A stretch of 54,735 nucleotides of DNA from a virus (lineage: Duplodnaviria; Caudoviricetes), in IMG/VR virus record IMGVR_UViG_3300031687_000016, positions 1 through 54,735 of that record; one strand, given 5' to 3'. The position numbers and the translations under genes are program-made. Numbering within the stretch: the stretch's first letter is position 1; each line of letters opens with the position of its first letter. Below, one piece after another: positions 18,646 to 28,752 of the stretch. The notes below the pieces were generated by a model. It saw nothing but the letters and a program-made list of their open reading frames with translations. It did no database searches and was not told the DNA's origin.

Positions 18646-19512
18646 TTATTTATTATACTTAAAAGGATCTAACGCTCTTAATCTATCCTGAAAAGTAAAC
18701 CCATAGTTAACATCAGGAGTAAAATTACTCTGAGGATTAGGTGGTTTAATATTACCACCTAAGTTGGTGTTTTGATCAAACATACCTAAAGAAATATTAG
18801 TAGGAGCCATACGGTCAAAAGGTCTTCCCTGAAAATTCCCAACAGAATTTAAAGATAATGCGTTACCAGTTGCATCAACGCTTCCTATTTTCTTCTGATT
18901 TAGTAAAGCCTGTTTATCTAATTTATTTTTAGCCAATGTCTCTTCTACACCTAAGCCTTGTTTTTTGTATAAGCCTTGAGCTTCAGCAGCAGAAGTTATC
19001 CCTCCTACAAAAGCATTAGCCGCTCCAGCCTGCAACATACCTACTCTCTCATCTGCTTGCGCAGCTCTAGCCGCCTGATCTTGCGCTCCAGCCACATCCA
19101 TTCCAGCTAATTGCTGATTCATATCGTCTTTGTTTTCTGCCTTCATTTTATCCAACTCAAACATTTCTTTAGCCTGAGCAGCTCTTAACTGTTCAGTATT
19201 CATGTTAGAGGCCATTGCCACCTTTCCAACACCCGCCGCTAATGTTCTTGAGTCTGCCTGCTGTAAAGCCTCTACATTCTGCTGTTGAGATTGAATATTA
19301 GCTGTATAGGCCTGATCATAAGCGTCCATAGGTAGGTTTAAACCTTCGTAAAAATCTTTTTCTAACTTTCTTTTTGCGTCTGCCATTAATTCTCCTGCTC
19401 TTTCGTCAGCATCTTTTTGATCATCTCTAGCTTGAGCCGCCTGAACTAGATTCATACCACCACCTATTGCAGCGCCCCCTAAGGCTATTATTGTTGCTGT
19501 TGTTAATGCCAT
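18646..19512 (-). CDS. Internal virion (ejection) protein, gp14-analogous
   Basis: Hydrophobic Gly/Ala N-terminus (TATIIALGGAAIGGG), Gln/Ala-rich coiled coil and a second Gly/Ala patch. Confidence 0.65.
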   Translation of the reverse strand: MALTTATIIALGGAAIGGGMNLVQAAQARDDQKDADERAGELMADAKRKLEKDFYEGLNLPMDAYDQAYTANIQSQQQNVEALQQADSRTLAAGVGKVAMASNMNTEQLRAAQAKEMFELDKMKAENKDDMNQQLAGMDVAGAQDQAARAAQADERVGMLQAGAANAFVGGITSAAEAQGLYKKQGLGVEETLAKNKLDKQALLNQKKIGSVDATGNALSLNSVGNFQGRPFDRMAPTNISLGMFDQNTNLGGNIKPPNPQSNFTPDVNYGFTFQDRLRALDPFKYNK

Positions 19513-19513
19513 A

Positions 19514-19915
19514 TTATAATTTTTTTATCATTTCTTGCGTATTGCTATCTCCTTTTAAATACCCTATCTCTTGATAAATATCAATTAATGATTTACTTTT
19601 CAAAAGTGAATATACATATTTCTTTCCCAAGTTGGCCGACAACGATGTTATTGTTTGTATTAACATAAATATAGCCTCCTTTCTAATCTTTCTGTCTTTA
19701 AATTCAAAACTAGATATAATCCATTCTAACAAAACAACATTAGAATTTGTTACATACATATACCCAGCACAAATAGGCTTATCATTATAATAAACCATAT
19801 AGCCCATGTCAGGTAAAAAATCCTTTGCAGGAGCTGTCCATTTCCAATCCTTCCACCATTTGCATAATATATCATCATAATCATTATCACTTAATGGTTT
19901 TATATTTAAAGTCAT
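19514..19915 (-). CDS. GNAT-like acetyltransferase-fold protein (T7 gp13-analogous)
   Basis: LNIKPL...PICAGYMY...LEWIISS...LIDIYQEIGY; canonical position before podovirus ejection genes. Confidence 0.65.
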   Translation of the reverse strand: MTLNIKPLSDNDYDDILCKWWKDWKWTAPAKDFLPDMGYMVYYNDKPICAGYMYVTNSNVVLLEWIISSFEFKDRKIRKEAIFMLIQTITSLSANLGKKYVYSLLKSKSLIDIYQEIGYLKGDSNTQEMIKKL

Positions 19916-19920
19916 TTTTA

Positions 19921-19928
19921 CAAAGATA
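19921..19928 (-). promoter_or_regulatory. Bacteroidota-type -7 promoter box (TATCTTTG)
   Basis: caaagata on +, in a 20-bp intergenic gap, 5 nt before the ATG at 19915. Confidence 0.6.
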
Positions 19929-19935
19929 GTAAAAT

Positions 19936-20736
19936 CTATGGATAACTTTTCATGACGCTACTCCCTACAGAAAATAATTCTACCGCTGCTGTATTTGTAT
20001 TTTGTAATGTAAATCTCATATAATAACCTCTTGCTCCATGTGACTCTGCAACAACATTTTTATAGAAAAACATATACCTTCCCGCCACTGGTAAATTATT
20101 TAATAAAGAGGTTTGACCAACTGATACTGAGTTGTTTACGCTATTAACAGAAGATACTTTTCCTATTAATTCACTTGTTCCCGCAATAACATCTCCAGTT
20201 AAAGGATCAACTTCTGATTGATACATCTCATCTCCTACGCTTATTATAGTTCCAGCCCCATTTAAAAAAGTTATCTGCCTTGGTGTAAGCGGTGCTATTC
20301 CAAATGTAGGAACTACCGTTACGGCTATTCCAATACCATTAGTAGACCTTAATTTAAAATTAACCTGTTTATCATCGTTTCTAATAAAAGAAAACCATTC
20401 AGCCTCCTTTTCTTCAAAATATGTTTGCAACATATTACCGACGCTAAGTTCTGTAGATAGGCTTGTAACAGCCCATGCGTCATCACTTTCAAAAGACATG
20501 GTTTTAAACAACTTAATTGTCTGAGGCTCAACATTAAAAACAGATGTTATGTTTGAATTATACTGAACTCCGTAATAATTATTACGAATAACATTGGTAT
20601 TGTGCCTGTATAAGTTTCCTTCATTAAACGTATATAGAAAGCTGTTCATTCCTATCATAAAATCAGGTAAAAAAGAATAAAAAGAAGGCCATCCTTTTAC
20701 TCCGTCACTATACGATACAGTTTCTTTTATAGCCAT
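19936..20736 (-). CDS. Tail nozzle/stabilisation protein, C-terminal part
   Basis: TVSYSDGVKGWPSFYSFLP, RNNYYG, KLFKTMSFES, EKEAEWF and GARGYYM resemble the C-terminal part of Bacteroidota-phage nozzle proteins. Confidence 0.6.
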   Translation of the reverse strand: MAIKETVSYSDGVKGWPSFYSFLPDFMIGMNSFLYTFNEGNLYRHNTNVIRNNYYGVQYNSNITSVFNVEPQTIKLFKTMSFESDDAWAVTSLSTELSVGNMLQTYFEEKEAEWFSFIRNDDKQVNFKLRSTNGIGIAVTVVPTFGIAPLTPRQITFLNGAGTIISVGDEMYQSEVDPLTGDVIAGTSELIGKVSSVNSVNNSVSVGQTSLLNNLPVAGRYMFFYKNVVAESHGARGYYMRFTLQNTNTAAVELFSVGSSVMKSYP

Positions 20737-20739
20737 ATT

Positions 20740-20907
20740 TTAACAAGTTATAAGTGTTTGTAATTTACCTCCTAATTGTTGTCTTACATATCCATTTGCT
20801 GAATAATATCCATCAACAGCAGGAATAGTTAGTTCTTCGTCTTGATATAATGCGTAAGCAAATTCAAAATTTGCTCCGTCATGCCAAAAGTTTAATAGTA
20901 TAGCCAT
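20740..20907 (-). CDS. 55-aa beta-rich protein ending in Cys
   Basis: Hand-translated MAILLNFWHDGANFEFAYALYQDEELTIPAVDGYYSANGYVRQQLGGKLQTLITC; fills the gap; AAAAATGGCT start context. Confidence 0.7.
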   Translation of the reverse strand: MAILLNFWHDGANFEFAYALYQDEELTIPAVDGYYSANGYVRQQLGGKLQTLITC

Positions 20908-20924
20908 TTTTTATTTTTTTAGTT

Positions 20925-23900
20925 TTAACAAGGCCCGTTAGAGTTAGATAAACATTCTCCAAAATTACCTACTTCAATTACGCTTTGCGAGTTTAAATAA
21001 TAAAATCCTGGATCCATAACTTTTCCTCCATTACAACAATTAGTTGGAATATTTCCGCATAGCTTGTAACAAGTATCCCCTGGCTGCGGATCATTAGTTG
21101 ATCCAGTAGGAGGAGAAGTATGCCACCCATCTACTTGAACACCTCCAGGCCCCAGACCTCCATTACAAGCTAATGCGTATGTTGCTTGAGGCCCGCTATC
21201 ATCATACTTAAAGAACGGAGTCCCAGGCGTCCCAGGATTACCTGGTGCGATAGGCCCCACACAAGGAGAGTTAGGGGAACAATTATTACAAGCAGATACT
21301 GCGCTTACTTGAGAGAAACAGAAATTAGTTACACCTCTATCTCTTAAATCCCATACTAAGTATAAAGTTTGTGTTGTGCTAGAAATAGATATAGCATTTG
21401 ATTTAGCCTCAAACAATCCTGTCTGAGGGTTGGTAATAGGCGATAATGGTAATGTATTTGCTGGCTGCAATAAAGCTAAGTTAAAGTTATCTCCTGATAG
21501 AGGCGCAGCTGATGTGTCTGAAAATACATAAAACTTGTTTTCTAATATATCAAAATTATATGTGTCTCCAGGTAATTTATTTGATCTCATAGTTACAAAA
21601 GATCCATCAGCTGGACAGCTACCTATGGAGGACTGACAGGAGTTAATACTATAAGCGCTATAAAAATTAGTAGCCGTGCTTTGCATCACGTTAGAAGTAA
21701 CTGGGCTAAAGTATGCATTATCATCCCAAGAATATTCATAATGAATTGTTTTTATTGGAGTCGTAAGCCCCATAACAGGAGTTGTTAGAACAATAGAAAC
21801 AACATTTATAAGCTGAGTAACAACACAATTAGTTAAAATTTGATAAGAAGAGTTAGTGTTTGGTATTATAGTAATTTTTACTATTTGAGGATTAGATAAA
21901 GTTTTATCTATCGTTATAGATGTACTTGTTGTAACATTACTAAGGGTATTGCTAATATTATTCCATTCTGTTGTTATATTAACATCTGATCCGTTTGTAA
22001 GCATAGTATAATCAATTACTACGTCACCTAAACCTACACCTACATCAACTTGAAAAGAAAACTCTTGTTCTGTATTTTGTTTTTCCAATATACTATCGCA
22101 AGGAACTGTTCTTACATCTACAGGTAGTCCTATGTTGTTAGAAGAAAAAATATACTCATCCATATACGGATCGTATCCTCCCAGCTTTTGACTTGTTAGC
22201 TGAGTAACAAACTTGTCTCTGAAATAAGACCTCATTCCATAAGTGGAAATAACTTCTAGCTTATCATTTTTAAAACTTGATCCCGTAAGTTTTATAATAG
22301 CACCTCTTTTAGCGTCAGAAAAATACATATCAGACCCCCAGTTTACAAAACTTTCTGGATTAAAACTTATACCATACTCTTCTATTCTAGCTATCTGTGT
22401 TCCTAATATAGTTGGAGAAGAAATAATAGGGCCTCCTCCTTGAGCATCACTTATTATTTGTTTGTTTGCTAATACATAAGAAATTTTATCTTCTTGTAAA
22501 ACAAGAATATCTGTTTCTCTGTTATGCAGTTTCATAACAGGCCCAAAGATTAATTCTAAATCTTTAAAATTTACTAGTCCTAAATTAAATTCATTAAGAT
22601 TATTAACATTATTACTTCCACTAAAAATTCCGCTGTAAGTTAGTCCTGCAAATCTATCAGCTTCTTTAAACGCATTATTTGAAACTGCCGTTTGTCTTTC
22701 TCCTAAAAGAAAATCTTTTGATGTAGACAAGTCTCTATATCTATAGCTTTCAACACCGTTTCCATAACTATATACATCATAGAATGGTAGGTTTACTATA
22801 GCTGGAGTGTTTGTTGCAATAATTTGATTCTGACTACCAGGAGAAAACCCTCCTTGATGAGCAAGATTTCCATTTACATCTGGTAAAATTTTATACATCT
22901 CCGACGAGTCGTAAAAAAAGTTAGGATCAACTTCCTTTGGCTCAGTTTCAAAAGCCATAAAGTTGTTATTTATGTTTACTTGTATTTGTGCTTGAACACA
23001 GAGGTTCTTATATGGTGGAAAACCACCGTAACACCCGCTTTGGCAAGCTCTAATTCCTAAAAAAGTAGGATCAGTAGCGCTGACTCGTGTCCAGTAAAAT
23101 TGCACTTCATCTTGCACATAAATTGGGTGAGTACCTGGTGCGAAAAATAAATTGTAATACTGAACAGTAAGCTCTATATCCCCAGTGCTTACCATAAAAA
23201 GAGCTGGATCAATATTTTCTTGATTCCAAAAGTCCCTAAAATTTGTCGCATTTTGTGATGCCGTTACTAGGTAATTCCCTGGACTAGTTTTCACTTTAAT
23301 ATCATTAACACATAAAAACCCAGATCCCTTTCTAACCTTAAACTTCATACTTACTATTGATCCTATTGGAATTATAAAATCGTCCGTTCCTCCTGACGGA
23401 GGAAGTGTACCAACAGGATATTCTATAAAAGGGTTGTCATGGGTAGGGCTGTTTGAACTACCACCGTAAAAAGAACATTTTTTAACAAATCCGTTATTAA
23501 CATTAGACCCTGAATTTGTAGTTGCTATATAACCTTGAGGCTGAAGCTTCATATATAATCCAGCTGGCGCCCCTTCAGGGAGTGGTGATAAAATTGGAGG
23601 TGTGGAAGGGTCTTGCCCTTTTGACAAAGCCTCTATATCTAGAACTGTTGTTTGAACAAAAGTAGGTACAGGATCTCCTGTGCTTTCAATTTTAACTGTT
23701 AAAATATCTCCTTTTGAAACTAAAGACGTTGCCTCTCCTTGTAGTCTTACATAAGATATATTTGCTTTTTCTGTAGATGTATAAACCTCAATACTGTATA
23801 TAATATTGTAATCACCCAATGATGGTTTTAATAAAAACTTATACTTAGATGCCCAATACGGAGGAGCATTATTTACAAAAGCTTTTATTATATTTTTATC

Positions 23901-25904
23901 GGTAGATGTAGAAGCGTTAAAATATACTGTATTATTTGTAGAAACTAAAGCTGTAGTTGATCTGCCGTAGTCGTCCATATACATAATAGCTGCATCATAA
24001 TTTCTGTTACTGTGCAAACTAGAAGAGTCCGACACACTTGAAAAGGAAAAAACACTGTCTGTTGCTAACCCACGAGAAAGAGCTTGATTTGGTGGAGACA
24101 CAACTTGAGTAATACTAGAATAAGAATAACTAAAATACTCATAAACATCCACAATAGTTCCTAATCCATCATCATATTGATATTGAATAGCAGGAGCCTG
24201 AATCCTCAACTCAGTTCCATTGACAACTAGCCTAAACCCCTGCTGAGGAGGTGTGTTTGTAAATTTCCCTGAATTAATAAACTGATAATTAACAGGATAT
24301 GTCGGTGTTGATGGTGGATTTATTATTTTATAAAATTGATCAGACAAAGAATTTCCGTATACAGCTCCTGGAGAAATAGGTGTTAATGTGCTTCCTACCC
24401 CTATAGCGGCGGCCATCTCTGGACTATTTAAAAATGCATTATAAGTGGTATAATCACTTGTAGCTACTACTCTTGTTTCTAAAAAAAACTCTGTAGAAGG
24501 GGTGTTAGTAGAAAAACCAGTTGGAAACAAAGGGCTACCAGTGTCTCCCCCTAAAGGAATATTATAAGGAGCAGTCTGAACTACACTAGATGTTAACTTA
24601 ACCTGAATATTAAATTCAGAATTTATTAAAATAGGTAAAGTTATTGCTAAAGTAGACAAGTCAAAATCTAAACGATCTAGCGGTACATCTACTGACGCCG
24701 CAGGGTTTATTATATTGCTCGCTCCTTGCTGTAAAGTTGCGGAAATATTTGCATTTATTATAGTTTCTGACTTTCCTCTTGCTGTAAAATCAATAGGTAT
24801 CTCTACTCCATTTTTAGTAACTATATCATATTGATCTATGTAGTTACCATAAATAAGTCTATTACCCATTATTGTTTGGGCTTTAGCAAAACGAGGAACA
24901 TTGTCATACCATCTTAGTAGCTCATCTTGCCCTATAACACTATAAATCTTAGAATTAGTAAACCTTATAGACTGAATTGAATTGTCTGACCAGCCCATAT
25001 CTGATTTCTTAAATCTTTCTATAACAAAAATTGTGCTAGTCCCTGATTCTTTGTATAATAATTCAACAGCTATAACTTGATCATTTCCCGTTCCAAAACT
25101 TATATCTACACCGTTATAAATATTCTCCATCCCTTCGTTGTAGTAATTGTCTGGATCAAAATAAAACTGACCTGGCTCATACGCAGGAGTAGTAAACAAA
25201 GAGGTTGCGCTGTATTCATTATCAACATATTGATAACGATAAGCAAAACACAAAAACTTATCTACCATATAATTCTCATCTCCTGCTACTTGTACTAAAC
25301 TTAAAGAGGGTACAGGAAGCTCATATATTGTTGCCCCGAATGTGTCTAAGTAGGATGAAAATCCAGGAGGTTTTACAATAACGTTTATCTCTTCATTTGT
25401 AAATGTATCTGTAGACCCTAAAGGGTTTCCATAACTTTTATTAATATTTATTTTTCGTGGAGGATTAAAATCATCTGTCCAAAATAATAAATTCTCTATT
25501 AAATCTACTCCTGTAATTAAATATTGAGGATTAAAATTTAAATTAACAACGCTAATTAAATGATAATCTACTATACCTGTGGTAGTATTTAAAGATACAA
25601 TTAAGTCTACCTTACCTGTTCCCGATACAGGATTTGCAGGATCATGAACAAACCAATATATGTTTTCATTAACTCCATCTTCATAAGCCCCTATACACCT
25701 TGCTTCATTTGATATGGGAGCGCCTTGATACCTTAATGTAGTTATCTGTGTGTTTCCTTTTGAATTTTCAACAGCTCCTATTTCTGTCCCTTCAGTTGAA
25801 CCAAGTCTTACGTTTAAAGCATCTATATATTGTCCAGCAGGTATTAAGCGTTCATCAACGCTTTTATTCATTTTACCAGCTATAAAATTTGTTTTAATAT
25901 CCAT
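20925..25904 (-). CDS. Tail nozzle/stabilisation protein (P22 gp10, T7 gp12, crAss muzzle analogue) with a Cys-rich C-terminal extension
   Basis: GKMNKSVDERLIP.GQYIDALN, LFWTDDFNPPRKIN, FAYRYQY.DNEYS, GNRLIYGNY, EYGISFNPESF, GGYDPY. Confidence 0.8.
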   Translation of the reverse strand: MDIKTNFIAGKMNKSVDERLIPAGQYIDALNVRLGSTEGTEIGAVENSKGNTQITTLRYQGAPISNEARCIGAYEDGVNENIYWFVHDPANPVSGTGKVDLIVSLNTTTGIVDYHLISVVNLNFNPQYLITGVDLIENLLFWTDDFNPPRKININKSYGNPLGSTDTFTNEEINVIVKPPGFSSYLDTFGATIYELPVPSLSLVQVAGDENYMVDKFLCFAYRYQYVDNEYSATSLFTTPAYEPGQFYFDPDNYYNEGMENIYNGVDISFGTGNDQVIAVELLYKESGTSTIFVIERFKKSDMGWSDNSIQSIRFTNSKIYSVIGQDELLRWYDNVPRFAKAQTIMGNRLIYGNYIDQYDIVTKNGVEIPIDFTARGKSETIINANISATLQQGASNIINPAASVDVPLDRLDFDLSTLAITLPILINSEFNIQVKLTSSVVQTAPYNIPLGGDTGSPLFPTGFSTNTPSTEFFLETRVVATSDYTTYNAFLNSPEMAAAIGVGSTLTPISPGAVYGNSLSDQFYKIINPPSTPTYPVNYQFINSGKFTNTPPQQGFRLVVNGTELRIQAPAIQYQYDDGLGTIVDVYEYFSYSYSSITQVVSPPNQALSRGLATDSVFSFSSVSDSSSLHSNRNYDAAIMYMDDYGRSTTALVSTNNTVYFNASTSTDKNIIKAFVNNAPPYWASKYKFLLKPSLGDYNIIYSIEVYTSTEKANISYVRLQGEATSLVSKGDILTVKIESTGDPVPTFVQTTVLDIEALSKGQDPSTPPILSPLPEGAPAGLYMKLQPQGYIATTNSGSNVNNGFVKKCSFYGGSSNSPTHDNPFIEYPVGTLPPSGGTDDFIIPIGSIVSMKFKVRKGSGFLCVNDIKVKTSPGNYLVTASQNATNFRDFWNQENIDPALFMVSTGDIELTVQYYNLFFAPGTHPIYVQDEVQFYWTRVSATDPTFLGIRACQSGCYGGFPPYKNLCVQAQIQVNINNNFMAFETEPKEVDPNFFYDSSEMYKILPDVNGNLAHQGGFSPGSQNQIIATNTPAIVNLPFYDVYSYGNGVESYRYRDLSTSKDFLLGERQTAVSNNAFKEADRFAGLTYSGIFSGSNNVNNLNEFNLGLVNFKDLELIFGPVMKLHNRETDILVLQEDKISYVLANKQIISDAQGGGPIISSPTILGTQIARIEEYGISFNPESFVNWGSDMYFSDAKRGAIIKLTGSSFKNDKLEVISTYGMRSYFRDKFVTQLTSQKLGGYDPYMDEYIFSSNNIGLPVDVRTVPCDSILEKQNTEQEFSFQVDVGVGLGDVVIDYTMLTNGSDVNITTEWNNISNTLSNVTTSTSITIDKTLSNPQIVKITIIPNTNSSYQILTNCVVTQLINVVSIVLTTPVMGLTTPIKTIHYEYSWDDNAYFSPVTSNVMQSTATNFYSAYSINSCQSSIGSCPADGSFVTMRSNKLPGDTYNFDILENKFYVFSDTSAAPLSGDNFNLALLQPANTLPLSPITNPQTGLFEAKSNAISISSTTQTLYLVWDLRDRGVTNFCFSQVSAVSACNNCSPNSPCVGPIAPGNPGTPGTPFFKYDDSGPQATYALACNGGLGPGGVQVDGWHTSPPTGSTNDPQPGDTCYKLCGNIPTNCCNGGKVMDPGFYYLNSQSVIEVGNFGECLSNSNGPC

Positions 25905-25905
25905 A

Positions 25906-26826
25906 TTATTTCAGCCATTTGTCCTGTCCTCTCATGTTCATTAATAACCTACCTGGATGCATATTGCTTAATCTTAATTTAGCATTTCTCAATAAAGATG
26001 ATTTATCTTTTCTAGCTCTATTAACTACATATTCTTGTACTCCATACTTACTATTTAAAATAGCAAATCTTATATAAGCATATATAAACTCTTCAAAAAA
26101 TTTATTTATTTGTATCTTAGAGTTGTTACCCTGTTCCATTCCGTCCGAAACATATTCTAATACCACTGACCTACCAGCCATATCAGATGATAAATATATT
26201 ACTCCTTGTTCTTTGTTTATAGTAAACGTAGGATTAACATTTGCTGTTTCTGTATTTAACCCAAATCTTGCTCCTATTCCATACTCAAAATACCATTCTC
26301 CATTACAGCAAATACCTTCTTGACCGTTATAAGGGCCACCTCCTAAATACATAGACCTCATTCCTCCCCCTTGTCTTGATAAATCTACAAGCGAGTTCTC
26401 TGGCTTTAAAACATTACCATCTAAGTCAAATAAAATCTGTGAATTGTTATCTTGCAGGTAAGCGCTACTCCATTGTGTCTGTATGTTTTCTGTTAACGGA
26501 AACAACACTCCGTCTCTGTATTCTGATATTCGCACATAATTAACGTAATCTTGAGGAAGAACAAATCGTATCTGTGAATCTACAGTTAATTGCAATATCT
26601 TAATTTCCTTCATAGCGTCGTAGTTCAATTCTTGAATACCACGCTTTGCATGAAACAACACTTGATACCTTTCTATGTTGTTTAATATCTCATTGTTTCC
26701 TTGGTAAATTAACATAAAGTTAGATACAATATCTTCTAAACTTACATATTGATATGATCCCCAATTAGCCTCTTTAGGACTAACCTGATTGTTTTCATAA
26801 TATTGATAGTCAGTAATGTAAGTCAT
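25906..26826 (-). CDS. Head-tail ring/adaptor protein
   Basis: FHAKRGIQELNYD, LPQDYVNYVRIS, VVLEYVSDG; directly upstream of the nozzle gene. Confidence 0.65.
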   Translation of the reverse strand: MTYITDYQYYENNQVSPKEANWGSYQYVSLEDIVSNFMLIYQGNNEILNNIERYQVLFHAKRGIQELNYDAMKEIKILQLTVDSQIRFVLPQDYVNYVRISEYRDGVLFPLTENIQTQWSSAYLQDNNSQILFDLDGNVLKPENSLVDLSRQGGGMRSMYLGGGPYNGQEGICCNGEWYFEYGIGARFGLNTETANVNPTFTINKEQGVIYLSSDMAGRSVVLEYVSDGMEQGNNSKIQINKFFEEFIYAYIRFAILNSKYGVQEYVVNRARKDKSSLLRNAKLRLSNMHPGRLLMNMRGQDKWLK

Positions 26827-26829
26827 TTC

Positions 26830-27807
26830 TTATACTTGTATTTGGTTATCCTGCACTTCTTCGTTTTGTCCAAATTGCGAAACAGCAGGCTCTCTTATTT
26901 CAATACCTACATACTGACAAATTTTAGCAACTAAACCTGGTTCATCAGATAGAGGTAGCTCAAAGTCTTGATAATCAACTGCTGAAGAATTAAAAACTGG
27001 CTCTCCTATATTTACATTAACGTATGTCCATTTTGGAACTTTAGGGTATCTAACATATTGTGTTTTAACAGCCCCAGCCGCCTGTATAGTTGTAGGGTAA
27101 ACAGTTATAGTATTGCCTGACAATACATAAGCTGGAAATAATGTTGATGGAGCAGTAAGAGTAGAGCTTGTTAAATAAAACAATTTATTTTGACTAACTC
27201 TTTCTACTTCGGCTATCGTTGAAGCATCAAATATACTATAGTTTTCAGCCCCTAAAACAACCGAAAATATATTTGTAGCCAAATTTAATGTTGTGGCATC
27301 TACTACAGAGTTTACGAATGATTCTACCAATGTATCTGTGTTTACCACTAAACTTCCTGTAAGAGGAAATACAGTAAATCCAGTAGCTCCCGTGTTAAAC
27401 GCAGGAGGAGATGGTTGTCCTAATAAAGCTGTATTAATTAATTGATTTGTATTTGATGAGGTTGTTGTTCCTATTCCTAACAAAGTAGGGTAATGATATA
27501 TTTTATTTATTAAATAATAATCCAGTGGTAATGACCATTGATTTGCAGTTTGTCCAATTAAAAAAGACTCTACTGAAAATGAGTCTATAACTTCTACCAA
27601 GCTTTTAACAATGTCAGCATAACCAGATCCTGATAAACGTTGGTTTTCCTTGTTTATCCACTGATTGTATTGATAAAAATAATCTTCAAATAAATCCATC
27701 TGCGCTTGTTGTGCATACAGATTGAAATCTTGAGGAGATAAATAGCCGTAATTATTCTTATTAATAATAGCTAATACCGTATTCCTAACATTATTGATCA
27801 TAGCCAT
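26830..27807 (-). CDS. Head-tail ring/adaptor protein with an inserted beta domain
   Basis: NKNNYGYLSPQDFN, LPLDYY, YVRYPKVPKW, QDFELP; insert at about aa 108-195. Confidence 0.65.
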   Translation of the reverse strand: MAMINNVRNTVLAIINKNNYGYLSPQDFNLYAQQAQMDLFEDYFYQYNQWINKENQRLSGSGYADIVKSLVEVIDSFSVESFLIGQTANQWSLPLDYYLINKIYHYPTLLGIGTTTSSNTNQLINTALLGQPSPPAFNTGATGFTVFPLTGSLVVNTDTLVESFVNSVVDATTLNLATNIFSVVLGAENYSIFDASTIAEVERVSQNKLFYLTSSTLTAPSTLFPAYVLSGNTITVYPTTIQAAGAVKTQYVRYPKVPKWTYVNVNIGEPVFNSSAVDYQDFELPLSDEPGLVAKICQYVGIEIREPAVSQFGQNEEVQDNQIQV

Positions 27808-27830
27808 AGAAAATACTTTTTAAATATTTA

Positions 27831-27838
27831 CAAATATA
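27831..27838 (-). promoter_or_regulatory. Bacteroidota-type -7 promoter box (TATATTTG)
   Basis: caaatata on +, immediately after a terminator and 23 nt before ATG 27807. Confidence 0.65.
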
Positions 27839-27840
27839 AC

Positions 27841-27873
27841 AAAAAAAAAGAGGTTACTTTTTTTAGTAACCTC
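27841..27873 (-). terminator. Intrinsic terminator
   Basis: - strand: agaggttact aaaaa agtaacctct stem-loop running into a T9 tract. Confidence 0.8.
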
Positions 27874-27899
27874 TCTTAAATATATATTAAATACTTTTT

Positions 27900-28745
27900 T
27901 TATGCAGTTACAGAACCTATAAAGAAATATTCTTTATTTGCTAAAGATGGAGCATTTGTAGCATCTGTATCTGGATTTGTTAATCCTGGGAAATCAAATG
28001 TTACAGCAGTCCATTCTGTCAATAAAGATTCAGTTACAGCGTCTGATAAAGCAGTTTGCATAGCTACTAATTCTGTAGCTGTCGGAGCTGCTTTAGACAT
28101 AGCGTATGTTAACGTAGTAGCCTCTGCACCATTTCCTGCATAGCTAAGTAATACTTGAGCATTTATAGCGTCTGCTGTATTAGCAACCATTTTTAGGTTA
28201 GACGACATAATCATTTTCATAAACTGATCTGGTTGATTTGCACGATATACAATAAACACATCTCCTGCAACAAATATATCATCTGCCACTATTAAAGTGT
28301 CATTTGGATTTGTAGTAGTTTCTATTCCTGTTACTGTTGTTGATACACCTCCAGTTATATCATTTACAACATCTCCAATTCTTACACTTAAACCAAAGTT
28401 TACTGAAGTATCAATTAAACGTGAAGCTTCAGTTGCATCAGCAACTCCAAAAGCTTGAACTCTATTCTCTGGAGAGAAAATTTGATAAGTAGCACCTGTC
28501 GCTATACCAGTTCCTCTACCAGCAGTTAAGCCAATAGCATTTAGAGCCAATACAGTATTAGATGTTACCGCTGTTACAACGTACATTTCATTGTTTGTTG
28601 TGTCAAAAACGATAGCTCCTACAAGTACATAAGATTGAAAATTAGATAACGTAGTGTCATCTAATGTTACCCCTGTTGGAGCAGTTGAAGTTCCTGTTCC
28701 CACTACATTTAAAATAGGTATGTTTAGATATTTTTCCATGTTCAT
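27900..28745 (-). CDS. Putative capsid decoration/auxiliary protein, paralog 3, with two inserted domains
   Basis: MEKYLNIP start and C-terminal Q.ALSDAVTESL.T.WT match the two upstream paralogs. Confidence 0.55.
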   Translation of the reverse strand: MNMEKYLNIPILNVVGTGTSTAPTGVTLDDTTLSNFQSYVLVGAIVFDTTNNEMYVVTAVTSNTVLALNAIGLTAGRGTGIATGATYQIFSPENRVQAFGVADATEASRLIDTSVNFGLSVRIGDVVNDITGGVSTTVTGIETTTNPNDTLIVADDIFVAGDVFIVYRANQPDQFMKMIMSSNLKMVANTADAINAQVLLSYAGNGAEATTLTYAMSKAAPTATELVAMQTALSDAVTESLLTEWTAVTFDFPGLTNPDTDATNAPSLANKEYFFIGSVTA

Positions 28746-28752
28746 ATATATT

